Under the pieces are notes generated by a model. The model saw only the letters and a list, made by a program, of their open reading frames with translations. It was not told the DNA's origin and ran no database searches. Shown here in pieces: positions 17,326-28,380 of a DNA stretch of 61,015 nt (positions within the stretch are counted from its first letter, which is position 1; every line of letters starts with the position of its first letter). This DNA is from a virus. Its lineage: Duplodnaviria > Caudoviricetes. The position numbers and the translations under genes were made by a program. The stretch spans positions 1 to 61,015 of IMG/VR virus record IMGVR_UViG_3300023184_000131, one strand, 5' to 3'.

Positions 17326-18246
17326 ATGCCAAAATCAGAAATTCAATTAGAGATAGAAAATAAAAGTAAATTACAGCCTGCGTTATATGTAAATGTCAAG
17401 AAACCAGCAGATTACGATAATACTTCAAATGAAAATGTAATAACTTCCGATCTTAATACTCATATAATATTGGGTGGTAAGGTACAAAATAATCCTGATA
17501 TAGCAAAAGCGGCTTATAATTCAACCATCACACTTGTATCTGGAATGGCTACAGCTATAAAAAACAATCCTCCGAAGTTAGGTGAGGCTGGCAAATTGAT
17601 ATTGAGTCCACAATATTATTATGACTCAGCTGTCATTCAGATTTGCGAGCAAACAAACGTTGATTCTAATTTTGGTGCAAAGATAAAAGACAACAATACA
17701 ACTAATTGTTCTGCAATTGCTTTAAAGGCTGATGAAATTAGATTATTTTCTCGTGGCACAGTTAAAATAATAAGCGGAATGGATCAAAGAGATACACCGC
17801 TGCCACCGAATACAAACACTCCACCACCATCACATCCGAAGAGAGATTATAGTGGAATACATTTGATAGGCAACAACACTGCTGAAGTAGTTGATGAATT
17901 ACATCCTCTTGTTCTTGGAAGAAATTTAGAAGAATTTTTAAACAAAATTTTAAATGAAATAACTAATATATACAGCGTTATTCAACAGTTTTCTGATAAG
18001 CAAACCTCAATAAACGACGCGGTAAGAGAACACACTCATTTATCTGATTTCACTGCCAAGGAACTTTTGCGCGGCACAGACCCACTACTGGTGGGAAATA
18101 TGATGCTAAATAATAGTGATATAAAACAATTATTAAATATTAATAATTCAACTTTAAGAATTCCAAACGTGGAAAATTTAAGAAAAACCTACTTAGTAAA
18201 GAATGAGAATGCTTACATAAATAGCCCACACAATAAGACAAACTGA
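17326..18246 (+). CDS. Probable baseplate central spike protein
   Basis: SAIALKADEIRLFSRGTVKI beta-repeat, PLVLG, HTH (HxH) tip-like motif. Confidence 0.55.
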   Translation: MPKSEIQLEIENKSKLQPALYVNVKKPADYDNTSNENVITSDLNTHIILGGKVQNNPDIAKAAYNSTITLVSGMATAIKNNPPKLGEAGKLILSPQYYYDSAVIQICEQTNVDSNFGAKIKDNNTTNCSAIALKADEIRLFSRGTVKIISGMDQRDTPLPPNTNTPPPSHPKRDYSGIHLIGNNTAEVVDELHPLVLGRNLEEFLNKILNEITNIYSVIQQFSDKQTSINDAVREHTHLSDFTAKELLRGTDPLLVGNMMLNNSDIKQLLNINNSTLRIPNVENLRKTYLVKNENAYINSPHNKTN

Positions 18247-18247
18247 T

Positions 18248-21200
18248 ATGAGAAATCCAGAACAAAAAAACATACTTGCGACGAGTTTTAGCGTTGATTT
18301 ATCTACTGTAGACAAAAAAGTAGATAAATTAGTTAAATATTTAAAAAATTGCGATATAGATTTAAAAGATCTTGGTAGAGATTTTTTAAACTTTGACCCC
18401 ACTTACAAAACAATCATAAATTCATTAGACAAGAGAAAGTATAAAGAAAGTTTATCAACTCTTGTAAGTAATATATATTTAAAAAGATTTCAAGAAACAA
18501 AATCTAAATTAATAAGTCAAAGGATGATGTCTTATCAAGACCTTCCTTTTCCTGAACCAATGGATGATTTCGGCTCAAGATTTGATGCCTTTGCAGCAAC
18601 CAATACAGACCCAAATAATACTATTTTATCTTTGCTTGGAGTGAAACCATATAAAGATTTAAAGGTTGATATTTTTGAAGAAATAGAAATAAAAACATAT
18701 TTGGATAATGTTGCAAGTGCATCTTACGATTATAATAATTTAAATTTTTTATTAACAAAATTAGACTCTATAACAAATTCACAAATAAGCTCAGATTCTT
18801 CATTTTTCGGAAGTTCTGAAGTATCATCTATAAATTATTCAAAAGAAATAAGAGAAAAAATATTATTTGTTAAAAGCTCTATTTCATCCTCCAATCCAGA
18901 AGAACAAAATATAATATATAATTTACTTGAAAAAATTCCCATTCTAAGAACAGCTGACAATCTCACTGATCAATATATAAACAGCAACGCAACAGACAAA
19001 ATATTTCCTGCAGGTGCAGAAATAGATGTTTTCCGCTATTACTCTAGAGAAGATATAGCTAACGTTGTTGGAGAAAAATTATTTATTGATCAAACAGAAA
19101 GCAACGATGTTGAATATGAACCAAAAATAATAGAAAAAGCAAGAATAAGATTGGTTGATTTTTTAATCAGAACTGAAATTAAAAAATCATTGCAAGAGAA
19201 GTTATGTTCTTTTGAATTTTTAAAAGATTTTCGTTCAAAATATGATTATTATAACTTTGTTGAACAAAAACTTTTTTCTTCTTCTGAATCTAAAAATGTA
19301 AAAAAAGAAAATTTATTTTTTAGAATAACATTTTTGAGACAAACCGAAGAAGTTATTCTTGAACAAAAACAAGAGCTTACTTCAAATTTAAACGTTGAAT
19401 TTGTTAATAAACAATTTTTAAAATTTGAAAGTCCATTTGGCTCTATTGATAGAAGCAATAAATTTGTTGCCATAATTGGCGGTTCAGATTTAATACAAGA
19501 TAAATCATCTTTTCATTTTTTTAATCCAACTATATTAACAATTCTATCTGATATAAATTACATAGATTCAAATATTTTTGATATTGATCCATTTTATTGC
19601 CCAACTCCACAATCATTAGACGAAAAAACAATAATTGAAAGAGAGAAATACCAAAATGATCAAGTCATACAGGATGCATCCCCGTTATCAAAGAATAAAA
19701 ACCTTGTAGAATCAAATGCACAAGCGTTTAATTATATTAATTTTCCAAGTTTATATTTTATACCAAATAATTTTCCGGACGCTATTTCTTTCTATAAATC
19801 AATAGAAATAAAATTAAGTCGCAATATGACAGAGAACCTGATACTAGAAAATAGTAAATATTACTATGAGTCTAGTTCAGACACACCATCCGCAGCACTA
19901 ATAAGAGATCCAAATTCTAATAAAATGTTCAAAGAAGCATTGCTGAATAATGGATTTTACGGTCTTTATGAGGCTAGAAAAGATTCATTTTCCGATCCAA
20001 CCTCTATCCAGAAAATTATAGATAAACTCGGCGGTATAAGTGTTCAACAAGGTATTGAAAGTTTAAGTCAAGTACAAGATGTTATCTTTGCTAGAACAAA
20101 TTTATCTTGTTTATTAAAAGAGTTTCAAACATGTTTTCTCCCAAAAGTTGCAAATTGTAGAGATATCCTTAGAGGATTCAGATTTTCAGAATTAGAAAAT
20201 ATATTCAATAAAGCATTTCCTGAAAGTCTTTATGTGGAATTATATAAAGATATTAATCAATTTAAAATTGATAACTTAAAAGACGAAAGAGAAAAAAAAC
20301 TTCTTGAGGAAATCAGAGATTTAGAAAGAGCAATTCAAAATAATGAAAGAAAAAGAATTGTTTTTAGCCAACTAGACAAAAGAAAAGACCCAGGCGAAGC
20401 ATTAGATTTCGCAGATGATAGGGTTCTTAATACCGGAGATGATATTAATTCTACGTTGCAGGAAGCGTATGAATCAAAATTAAAACAATATAAAGATTTA
20501 AAATTAAATCAACAATCTTCTTCGTTAACCGATTTGGATAAAATAAGAGCACGAAAAGATATGCAGCTAGAAGAACTAAAAATGATTGATGATTTTTTAG
20601 ATTTGCTAGAAGTAAACTATGGAATAAATACAGATATTTTATGCAACATAGTAGATTTGTTCAATATTAGTCCTATGCTATTTTCAATACAGCTGCCACA
20701 ATTACCAGAAATTGATATATTTTTAGATTTAAAAATTAGTTTAGATCTAGCAATAGTTCAAATTATTTTTGACAGTATTGTTGCTTTTATAATAAAAATA
20801 TTACAAGAATTGTTAACTTGTGGTGGCATAAAAAACTTAATAGCTGCAGCTTTAACCGGTGAAGCAAACGGTAGTGTCACAGGTACTTCTCTTGCAGCAT
20901 TGAATCAATTAGCAAGAGGTAATTTTGTATTAGATGATTTCATTAGCAGTAATCCGCAAATAGATCCTGTTGCCTATACAAAATCATTTGTAAATATTGC
21001 TAAAACATTAAATCCTCCGATTGCAATAGAGCAAAACTCACAACTTCAAATCAACGTAGATTTGGGAGCAGCAGGAAGTGCAAGTTCGTTATCAAAATCA
21101 AAAACTTTACAAGTTTTAAATACAGCAAGAAGCTCTGCTACCACTGAAGTTGAGATACAACAATCTCTTACAGGATTAGTCGCAGAATTATCGAGAATAA

Positions 21201-24200
21201 TGTCTGCTGATGCTTTTATGAGATTGTTTTATAGCCCTATGGATAAAGATCTGCAACAAGTAGAACAATATATAATAAACAATAGAAGTGAATTATCTTA
21301 TTTATTAACACCGGGGACTTTATATGGAATTTTTACTTATTTGGGAAATACAACAGGACTAGATGCAGTTAGACAAGAATTAGTAGCTATGTCAAGTTTT
21401 TATACTTCAAACTCTTTAAACACTAGAAATGTGGTTTGTCTTGATCCTGTTTCTCCTACTTTAGATACAGACAGAGATATAAGCGATGAGCCACAGAACA
21501 TCTCTGAAGTTGTACCATCACCGGATGATTTATATAGAAATTTATTACAAGATTTACTTAGTTCATCACCGCAAACACTAAAAAATAAAATAGAAGATTC
21601 CATATTTAAGCCTCTGCTTATAGGCAAATTACCAAATGGTAAAAGAATTCAAGCAGTTGAAAAAGCAAAATCAGATATTATAAATTATAATTTAAAAAAT
21701 ATTTCTAGCAAATTTAAAGCTGGTTGTAATGATTTTTATTCAAATTTAATGGTTAAAAAGCCATTCAAAAGAGAAGTTCCAAAACTCATATCAGGATCAG
21801 GAGGCAATTTTGAAAATTCTGAATATAAAGACTTGGTTAACAAAGGTGGTTACCAGGATAAACCTAAAGATCCATTAGAAATTGAAGAAACAAAATTTGT
21901 ATATGGTGCTTTGTTTACGGATAGTTTTTACGGTTCTTCAAAAAGCCTATCTATCGATAGCACGCCGCAACAATTAAAAATAACTTTAACAGGTTCAAAA
22001 GGCTTTTCAAGTACAAGAGAAAAAGAAATGAACATGTCTTTAAGTGGCAGCAGTTGGAAAATCCAAAATATTATAACGAATAATATAAATAATATAACTG
22101 TTTATCAGGGAAATTCTAAGGCACAAGAAGAAGTTAAATTTAATTTTAAAATTAACGATCAAAATATAGACACAAATTCTGCACATGAAGGTGTTTTAGA
22201 CTTAAGACAAGAATTCAATAATGCATTATCAAGATCAGTATATTCGAATCTAGACTTCACTAATTCTAACTTAATCAGCTTTTCTTATTTCAATAAAAAG
22301 CTTAAACAATATTCTTCTAAATCCTATGATCAATTTTTATCACTTATTTATGAAAAAATAACTAAAGCAATATCACAAGATGGCTTACTGAAGCCAATAA
22401 ATCTAGATTCTCTGCAAAAAGAAAAATATATCACAGGAATAAAAGGAGGATTAGACACGATATTTCCAGGATTGTCTCTAGCCATGCAAGGTAATTCTTT
22501 ACCAGCTATGGTTAGTCCAAATATTGATACTCCTTTAAAATATATTAATTTTTGCCCTAAACCAACAAAACAGCAGAAAGATTTAAAAGTAGATCCAGGA
22601 CTATTTGGAACTGCAGAATTAAAGCAATTTATATCCGAGATAATGGAAGAAAGATCAAATGAATTAACCAACTTAAGTGATTTACAAGAAATACTTAAAG
22701 ATAAAGATAATTTATTAAACTTTTCTTTGATAGATGGTCTGTATCTATCTCTTATAAGAACTGCGTGCACGGAAATGTCATTTAGAGCATTGTTTCCTTT
22801 AAGAGTGTTTAATTATAATAAAAAAATAATTGACGATTTGTTATTACCAACTTATATAGCAGAAATGGTATATAAAGAGATAGCTTATGTATCTAATTTA
22901 CTAAACAAAGCAAGTCTTATTGAATTAACTCAAAAACATGTAAGTTATATACATGATTTTATGTTTTCTAAAGAATTAGAAAAACCAGAAAACATAAAGC
23001 TCTTTAGAAAAATAAAAGAACTTAAAAGACAAATTTTATCTCTTGAAGAAGATAGAAGTATCATTAATTCTTATTTAGGAAAATTATATACAGAAAATTT
23101 AATTAATTCTAATCAAGAATATAAGAAAAAAATTGAAAATTATATTGCATGTTTGAATTCTGAAATAAAAAATAAATATAATGAAATTTTATTATTACAA
23201 ACAAGAAATATTGCATATAACGAACTTATAATAATATTTGATAAATTATCTTATATAACTTCAACAAATGAAAAAGTCAAAGAAAACTTAACTAATGAAT
23301 GTGCTGATATAGATCAGAATTCACAAGAAAAAGACTTTTTATCAATATTAATACCAGAACTTTTAATGAAATCTGATTTAAAAGAAATAACTACTGATAA
23401 TGTTTCAACAGAAGAATTTATAAAACAACAGGAAAATAAATATGTTGCTGGTCCAAATCTGCTAATAGAGCATTACATAAACGTTCCTGATGTTAAAGAA
23501 GAGTTTGAAGATATTCATCTTAGACAATATGAATTAAATTGTTATGGTGCACAGACTTTTAATCAATTTTCTAAATTATTAAAAGACATTCCAAGCAACA
23601 CTTCATTAAATTCTTATTTTTCACAAGAAATTACATACGAAATGAGAGTGGTATATATACCAGACACAGAATTAAAAGAAGAAACATCAATAAATTTTAA
23701 TCCTGGTTTAAATGTAACACAATATAAATATCCAATAACTGAAAATCTGGGTGTTCTAGACTCTGCGAATAAAAATAAATTCTGGCTAGATGGCTTGTTA
23801 TTTGATACTATTAATAGTTTGTCTGAAAAAACTTATGTCATTCCGTTCATGGGACCACAATCCAATAAAGATGGCAAAAGAAAATTTGGTGTTATTAATG
23901 CTTTCCCGATTATAAAAGAAACACAAAACATTAGAGAAAGAGGAATAATTACTGTTTCTCATATGAAGCAGTTAATACCAATATTACAAAAAGGCGAATC
24001 AAATCCACTAACTAACTTATTGAAAACAAAGATTTCTTGCAATAAAGAATTAAAAGAATTTTATTCAATACTTACAAACGATAATTTACTTACCAATTTG
24101 ACAATATTGTCAAGCACACAAATTTTATCAGATGACAAAATTGTAGCTCCGTTTAGGAGCGTTAGAAAAGAAATAATAAATAACATTTTTGCAAAGATGC

Positions 24201-24712
24201 TGTCAATCTATAACAAAGATGATTTGGATGATTTCTTTGAAAAAATGTCATCTATTGAGGCTTTCAAAGATTTTAATTCTTCTGCAATACCAAAAATATT
24301 ATTAAAAGCATCCATATATGTTTTACAATACTATTGTCAGATGACTGACCCAAATATAAGTTTAGCACTTATTATAAGAGAAGCTGTCAAGTTATCGTTA
24401 GCTGCGGCATCTCAATTACCAAATCCTTTTGGTGGTCCAACAGTGCCGGCTGAGTTGCCATTGGCATTAAGCCCGCTGGCAATATACTCAATGGCACAAT
24501 TACCAATAACAGTTTTTGGAGTTGCGCCTGCAGGTATAGGCGTTGGACCGCCATTAACTATACCTGGTATGGTTTTATTGGGTGCTGAATTGTTGCTTTT
24601 ATCTTTAGAGTTTTCTGATAATTTAGATTTAAATATAGAAAATGATAAAATAAAAGAAGAATTAAGAAAATATTGTTTTGACTTATCTGGTTATAAAAAA
24701 TACGGTATGTGA
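18248..24712 (+). CDS. Very large (2154 aa) virion-associated protein
   Basis: Long ORF between spike and gp25; mostly helical, hydrophobic C-terminus. Confidence 0.6.
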   Translation: MRNPEQKNILATSFSVDLSTVDKKVDKLVKYLKNCDIDLKDLGRDFLNFDPTYKTIINSLDKRKYKESLSTLVSNIYLKRFQETKSKLISQRMMSYQDLPFPEPMDDFGSRFDAFAATNTDPNNTILSLLGVKPYKDLKVDIFEEIEIKTYLDNVASASYDYNNLNFLLTKLDSITNSQISSDSSFFGSSEVSSINYSKEIREKILFVKSSISSSNPEEQNIIYNLLEKIPILRTADNLTDQYINSNATDKIFPAGAEIDVFRYYSREDIANVVGEKLFIDQTESNDVEYEPKIIEKARIRLVDFLIRTEIKKSLQEKLCSFEFLKDFRSKYDYYNFVEQKLFSSSESKNVKKENLFFRITFLRQTEEVILEQKQELTSNLNVEFVNKQFLKFESPFGSIDRSNKFVAIIGGSDLIQDKSSFHFFNPTILTILSDINYIDSNIFDIDPFYCPTPQSLDEKTIIEREKYQNDQVIQDASPLSKNKNLVESNAQAFNYINFPSLYFIPNNFPDAISFYKSIEIKLSRNMTENLILENSKYYYESSSDTPSAALIRDPNSNKMFKEALLNNGFYGLYEARKDSFSDPTSIQKIIDKLGGISVQQGIESLSQVQDVIFARTNLSCLLKEFQTCFLPKVANCRDILRGFRFSELENIFNKAFPESLYVELYKDINQFKIDNLKDEREKKLLEEIRDLERAIQNNERKRIVFSQLDKRKDPGEALDFADDRVLNTGDDINSTLQEAYESKLKQYKDLKLNQQSSSLTDLDKIRARKDMQLEELKMIDDFLDLLEVNYGINTDILCNIVDLFNISPMLFSIQLPQLPEIDIFLDLKISLDLAIVQIIFDSIVAFIIKILQELLTCGGIKNLIAAALTGEANGSVTGTSLAALNQLARGNFVLDDFISSNPQIDPVAYTKSFVNIAKTLNPPIAIEQNSQLQINVDLGAAGSASSLSKSKTLQVLNTARSSATTEVEIQQSLTGLVAELSRIMSADAFMRLFYSPMDKDLQQVEQYIINNRSELSYLLTPGTLYGIFTYLGNTTGLDAVRQELVAMSSFYTSNSLNTRNVVCLDPVSPTLDTDRDISDEPQNISEVVPSPDDLYRNLLQDLLSSSPQTLKNKIEDSIFKPLLIGKLPNGKRIQAVEKAKSDIINYNLKNISSKFKAGCNDFYSNLMVKKPFKREVPKLISGSGGNFENSEYKDLVNKGGYQDKPKDPLEIEETKFVYGALFTDSFYGSSKSLSIDSTPQQLKITLTGSKGFSSTREKEMNMSLSGSSWKIQNIITNNINNITVYQGNSKAQEEVKFNFKINDQNIDTNSAHEGVLDLRQEFNNALSRSVYSNLDFTNSNLISFSYFNKKLKQYSSKSYDQFLSLIYEKITKAISQDGLLKPINLDSLQKEKYITGIKGGLDTIFPGLSLAMQGNSLPAMVSPNIDTPLKYINFCPKPTKQQKDLKVDPGLFGTAELKQFISEIMEERSNELTNLSDLQEILKDKDNLLNFSLIDGLYLSLIRTACTEMSFRALFPLRVFNYNKKIIDDLLLPTYIAEMVYKEIAYVSNLLNKASLIELTQKHVSYIHDFMFSKELEKPENIKLFRKIKELKRQILSLEEDRSIINSYLGKLYTENLINSNQEYKKKIENYIACLNSEIKNKYNEILLLQTRNIAYNELIIIFDKLSYITSTNEKVKENLTNECADIDQNSQEKDFLSILIPELLMKSDLKEITTDNVSTEEFIKQQENKYVAGPNLLIEHYINVPDVKEEFEDIHLRQYELNCYGAQTFNQFSKLLKDIPSNTSLNSYFSQEITYEMRVVYIPDTELKEETSINFNPGLNVTQYKYPITENLGVLDSANKNKFWLDGLLFDTINSLSEKTYVIPFMGPQSNKDGKRKFGVINAFPIIKETQNIRERGIITVSHMKQLIPILQKGESNPLTNLLKTKISCNKELKEFYSILTNDNLLTNLTILSSTQILSDDKIVAPFRSVRKEIINNIFAKMLSIYNKDDLDDFFEKMSSIEAFKDFNSSAIPKILLKASIYVLQYYCQMTDPNISLALIIREAVKLSLAAASQLPNPFGGPTVPAELPLALSPLAIYSMAQLPITVFGVAPAGIGVGPPLTIPGMVLLGAELLLLSLEFSDNLDLNIENDKIKEELRKYCFDLSGYKKYGM

Positions 24713-24735
24713 TAATTATTGTAGGAAAATAATAT

Positions 24736-25125
24736 ATGGCTGGATACGCACCAAAGCTACCCTTAAAACTTGCAACCGAACAAGGTTACAATTTAATTCC
24801 TGACTTGAAAACACTGAGTAATCAGAATTTTCTAATGTTGCTCCTGACAAATCCAGGTGAAAGAATAATGGATAGTAATTTTGGCGTAGGCATAAGAAGA
24901 TTATTATTTGAAAACTATAGTTCATTTTTAAAATTAAATTTTGAAGAAAGATTAAAAAATCAAATACAAGTTTATGCTCCATATATATCGATTAAAGATA
25001 TTAATTATGGGAATACAGATATTGATGGTTCATTACTTAGTATTTCTATAACATATTTTATTATTCCACTTGGAACCAATGTAAATTTAACCATAGAATC
25101 AAATGGTACCATTATAACTTCGTGA
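24736..25125 (+). CDS. Baseplate wedge protein, gp25/GPW family
   Basis: LLLTNPGERIMDSNFGVGIRRLLFE. Confidence 0.92.
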   Translation: MAGYAPKLPLKLATEQGYNLIPDLKTLSNQNFLMLLLTNPGERIMDSNFGVGIRRLLFENYSSFLKLNFEERLKNQIQVYAPYISIKDINYGNTDIDGSLLSISITYFIIPLGTNVNLTIESNGTIITS

Positions 25126-25153
25126 AGTTCTATTTATACTAGAGGATTTTTTA

Positions 25154-26956
25154 ATGCCGAAAAAAAACATACCAATTGACTATTTGGCTAGAGATTTTCA
25201 ATCCATAAAAGATGCTCTTGTAGAGCACGCAAAAAAATATTATCCTGATACGTACAAAGACTTTAGCGAAGTTGGATTTGGAAGCTTGATGCTTGATACG
25301 GTTGCGTATGTTGGAGATAATTTATCTTTTTATCTTGATTATACTGCTAACGAGACATTTCTAGACACAGCCTCAGAATTTGATAATATTCTTAAATTAT
25401 CAAAACCATTTGGATTTAAATATACAGAAAACCCATCTTCTCACGGAGTGGGCACATTTTTTGCTCTTATTCCGGCGAATTCTCTTGGCAATGCACCAGA
25501 CGAAAATTATATGCCAATTTTGAAAAAAAACAGCACATTGAAAAACAGGACCGGGACTTCATTTTCATTAATAGAAGATGTTTATTTTAACAGAGAAGAC
25601 AATGAAGTTGTTGTCGGCACTGTCAATGAAACTACCGGGCTTCCTTTAACTTACGCTGTCAAGGCACATGGAAGAATTCAATCTGGATATCTAACTCAAA
25701 CATTCTATGATGTTACTGATTACCAAAGATTTTTGAAAATACCAGTAAATATTGATTATTTAACTGAAATAATTTCCGTTACAGACTTAGATGGAAATGA
25801 ATATTATGAAGTTGATTATTTAAGTCAAGATGTTGTTTATCGTGCAATTTTGAATAGAGATAACAACGACAGTAATACAGAAGTTAAAAGTATTTTAAAA
25901 CCTTTTTCTGTTCCAAGAAGATTTGTTGTTATAAGAGAAAAAAATAAAACTTACTTGCAATTTGGAACTGGCGATGTGACTAGTGACACTTATAATTCTG
26001 AACTCATCGATCCTTCTGCTGTTACCCTGGAAATATATGGAAAAAACTATATTTCAGATAAAGATTTTGATCCTAATAATTTAATAAAATCAGATAAATT
26101 AGGTGTAGTTCCTTCAAACACTACTTTAAGAATTATTGTTCGTGCTAATAATTCTGATAATGTTAATACTGGTGCCGGAACTTTAACTTCTGTTGGAAGT
26201 GCATTGTTTGATTTTGGAGATACCAGAAATTTAGATACAACAAAAATAAACTCTGTTCGTTCTTCTTTAGAAGTTAATAATGAAGAGCCGATAGTCGGTG
26301 ATACCCCTCTCATAAACTCAGAAGAATTAAAATTTAGAGTATATAATACTTTTGGTTCTCAGAATAGAGCTGTAACTGAAAAAGACTATGAAGCACTGCT
26401 TTACAACATGCCACCGGAGTTTGGAAGCGTAAAAAGAGCATCTATATCTAGAGATTATGACCCTTATAAAAGAAATATAAATATCTATGTGGTATCAGAA
26501 GATTCTGTAGGTGCATTAGTAAATACGAATCAATCTATCAAGGAAAATGTAAAAGTTTGGTTAAATAAAAACAAAATGATAAACGATACTATAGATATCT
26601 TAGATGCAAAAATAGTTAATTTATCAATTAAATTTAGTGTTGTTTCTGACTTGGAAGCGGATAGCTCACAAGTTTTAAGAGATTGTATATCGGCTCTTGA
26701 AAGAGAATATTCTAAAACTAAATTTATTGGAGAGGCATTTTTTATAAGTGACATTTACACATTACTTAAAAATGTCAAAGGCGTCAATGATGTAAAGAAT
26801 GTCAAGGTAGAACAGAAAAATGGAATAGATTATTCTGATATACTTTTTGACATAAATCGATTTATGTCTAGAGACGGAAGATATATTGAAGCGCCAAAAA
26901 ATATTATTTTTGAAATACGCTTTCCAAGATCTGATATATATGGAGAAATTAGTTAA
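25154..26956 (+). CDS. Baseplate wedge protein, gp6/baseplate J-like
   Basis: DYLARDFQSIK, AYVGDNLSFYLD, QFGTG, QNRAVTEKDY. Confidence 0.9.
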   Translation: MPKKNIPIDYLARDFQSIKDALVEHAKKYYPDTYKDFSEVGFGSLMLDTVAYVGDNLSFYLDYTANETFLDTASEFDNILKLSKPFGFKYTENPSSHGVGTFFALIPANSLGNAPDENYMPILKKNSTLKNRTGTSFSLIEDVYFNREDNEVVVGTVNETTGLPLTYAVKAHGRIQSGYLTQTFYDVTDYQRFLKIPVNIDYLTEIISVTDLDGNEYYEVDYLSQDVVYRAILNRDNNDSNTEVKSILKPFSVPRRFVVIREKNKTYLQFGTGDVTSDTYNSELIDPSAVTLEIYGKNYISDKDFDPNNLIKSDKLGVVPSNTTLRIIVRANNSDNVNTGAGTLTSVGSALFDFGDTRNLDTTKINSVRSSLEVNNEEPIVGDTPLINSEELKFRVYNTFGSQNRAVTEKDYEALLYNMPPEFGSVKRASISRDYDPYKRNINIYVVSEDSVGALVNTNQSIKENVKVWLNKNKMINDTIDILDAKIVNLSIKFSVVSDLEADSSQVLRDCISALEREYSKTKFIGEAFFISDIYTLLKNVKGVNDVKNVKVEQKNGIDYSDILFDINRFMSRDGRYIEAPKNIIFEIRFPRSDIYGEIS

Positions 26957-28380
26957 TGTCTATTAAGAGATATATAGCAGAAAAAGACACGACCATAACT
27001 GATGCTTATAAGCAAAATCAAACCAGTCGCGGAATATATTCAAATATGGGTGCATCAGATACACTTGAAATATTTTCTATATATGGTCAGGTAACAACAA
27101 GCTCGTATGAAAAATCAAGAGTTCTAATCCAATTTCCCGTCTCAGAAATAATCTCTGATAGAAATAATAAAATAATTGCACAAAGCGGAAGCTGCCAATT
27201 TATATTGAAACTGAGTAATGCTTCAAACAGCGATTCAACTCCGGATAATATAACTGTTGCTATTGCTCCGGTATCCGGAACATGGCTTGAAGGTGTTGGA
27301 TTGGACATGGAAGGCTACACTAACACCGGTGTAGCTAACTGGATCAGTGCATCTTCTACATCTGCTTGGATTAACGAAGGCGGTGATACGTATTCTTCTT
27401 CTGTGGAACATTTAATTGAGGGTGCTGTTGACGATTTAGAAGTTGATATAACCAATTTTGTAGAAGACTGGATATCTGGTTCTATTCCAAATAACGGTTT
27501 TCTGATCTCGTTATCTTCACTCTTAGAAGGAGATACTGAGTCCTATTATGTTAAAAAATTCTTCGCCAGAAGAAGTCAGTATTTTTATAAAAAACCATGG
27601 ATAGAAGTTAGAAGTAACTCATCAATTAAAGATAGAAGAAATTCATTTTATTTGAGCGATGATTTAGTCGCACCAGAAGATAATTTAAATACTTTATTTA
27701 TGATAAATAGTGTCAGAGGACAGCTTAAAAATATACCAGCTGTTGGAACCGGTTCTTTATTGGTCAGTTTATACAGTGGCACAATAGCGAGTGGTCCAAT
27801 AGGCGTTCCATTAGCATTATTAAACGGCTCTATAACCTCTGTGACAGGCGGATTCTACTCTACCGGTGTGTATACTGCCTCTGTGGGACTAAGCGGCTCA
27901 TATGAGTACCTATATGATGTTTGGTCAACACTTAGTGGCACACAACTATATACTGGTTCTGTAATCTACGCTAGTACATATGATGCTGCAGATGATAACC
28001 AAATTCCTGAATATATTTTAACCATGCCGCAATTAAGACAAACTTATAGAAATTCTGAATTTGCAAAAATGACAGTTGAAATAAAAAATAAAATGTGGGA
28101 TTCAAACATTTATCATATCGCCGCATATGAACCAGAAAAAAGTATTATAGAAAATCTATATTATAGAGTTGTTAGATTGGCAGATAATTACGAAGTTGTT
28201 TCTTATGGCACAGGAACTTATAAACACACCTTAACTTCATATGATAGTGAAGGAAATTATTTTGATCTTGATATGAAATTATTTGAACCAGGATACGCAT
28301 ATAAGCTATTGTTTGGATTTGATTATAACAATTCCTTTTATGAAATGAAGGAAACTTTTAAATTTAGGGTTGATAAGTGA
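26956..28380 (+). CDS. Virion or baseplate structural protein
   Basis: KDTTI, SRVLIQF, W.EG.G, NNGF; follows baseplate J. Confidence 0.6.
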   Translation: MSIKRYIAEKDTTITDAYKQNQTSRGIYSNMGASDTLEIFSIYGQVTTSSYEKSRVLIQFPVSEIISDRNNKIIAQSGSCQFILKLSNASNSDSTPDNITVAIAPVSGTWLEGVGLDMEGYTNTGVANWISASSTSAWINEGGDTYSSSVEHLIEGAVDDLEVDITNFVEDWISGSIPNNGFLISLSSLLEGDTESYYVKKFFARRSQYFYKKPWIEVRSNSSIKDRRNSFYLSDDLVAPEDNLNTLFMINSVRGQLKNIPAVGTGSLLVSLYSGTIASGPIGVPLALLNGSITSVTGGFYSTGVYTASVGLSGSYEYLYDVWSTLSGTQLYTGSVIYASTYDAADDNQIPEYILTMPQLRQTYRNSEFAKMTVEIKNKMWDSNIYHIAAYEPEKSIIENLYYRVVRLADNYEVVSYGTGTYKHTLTSYDSEGNYFDLDMKLFEPGYAYKLLFGFDYNNSFYEMKETFKFRVDK

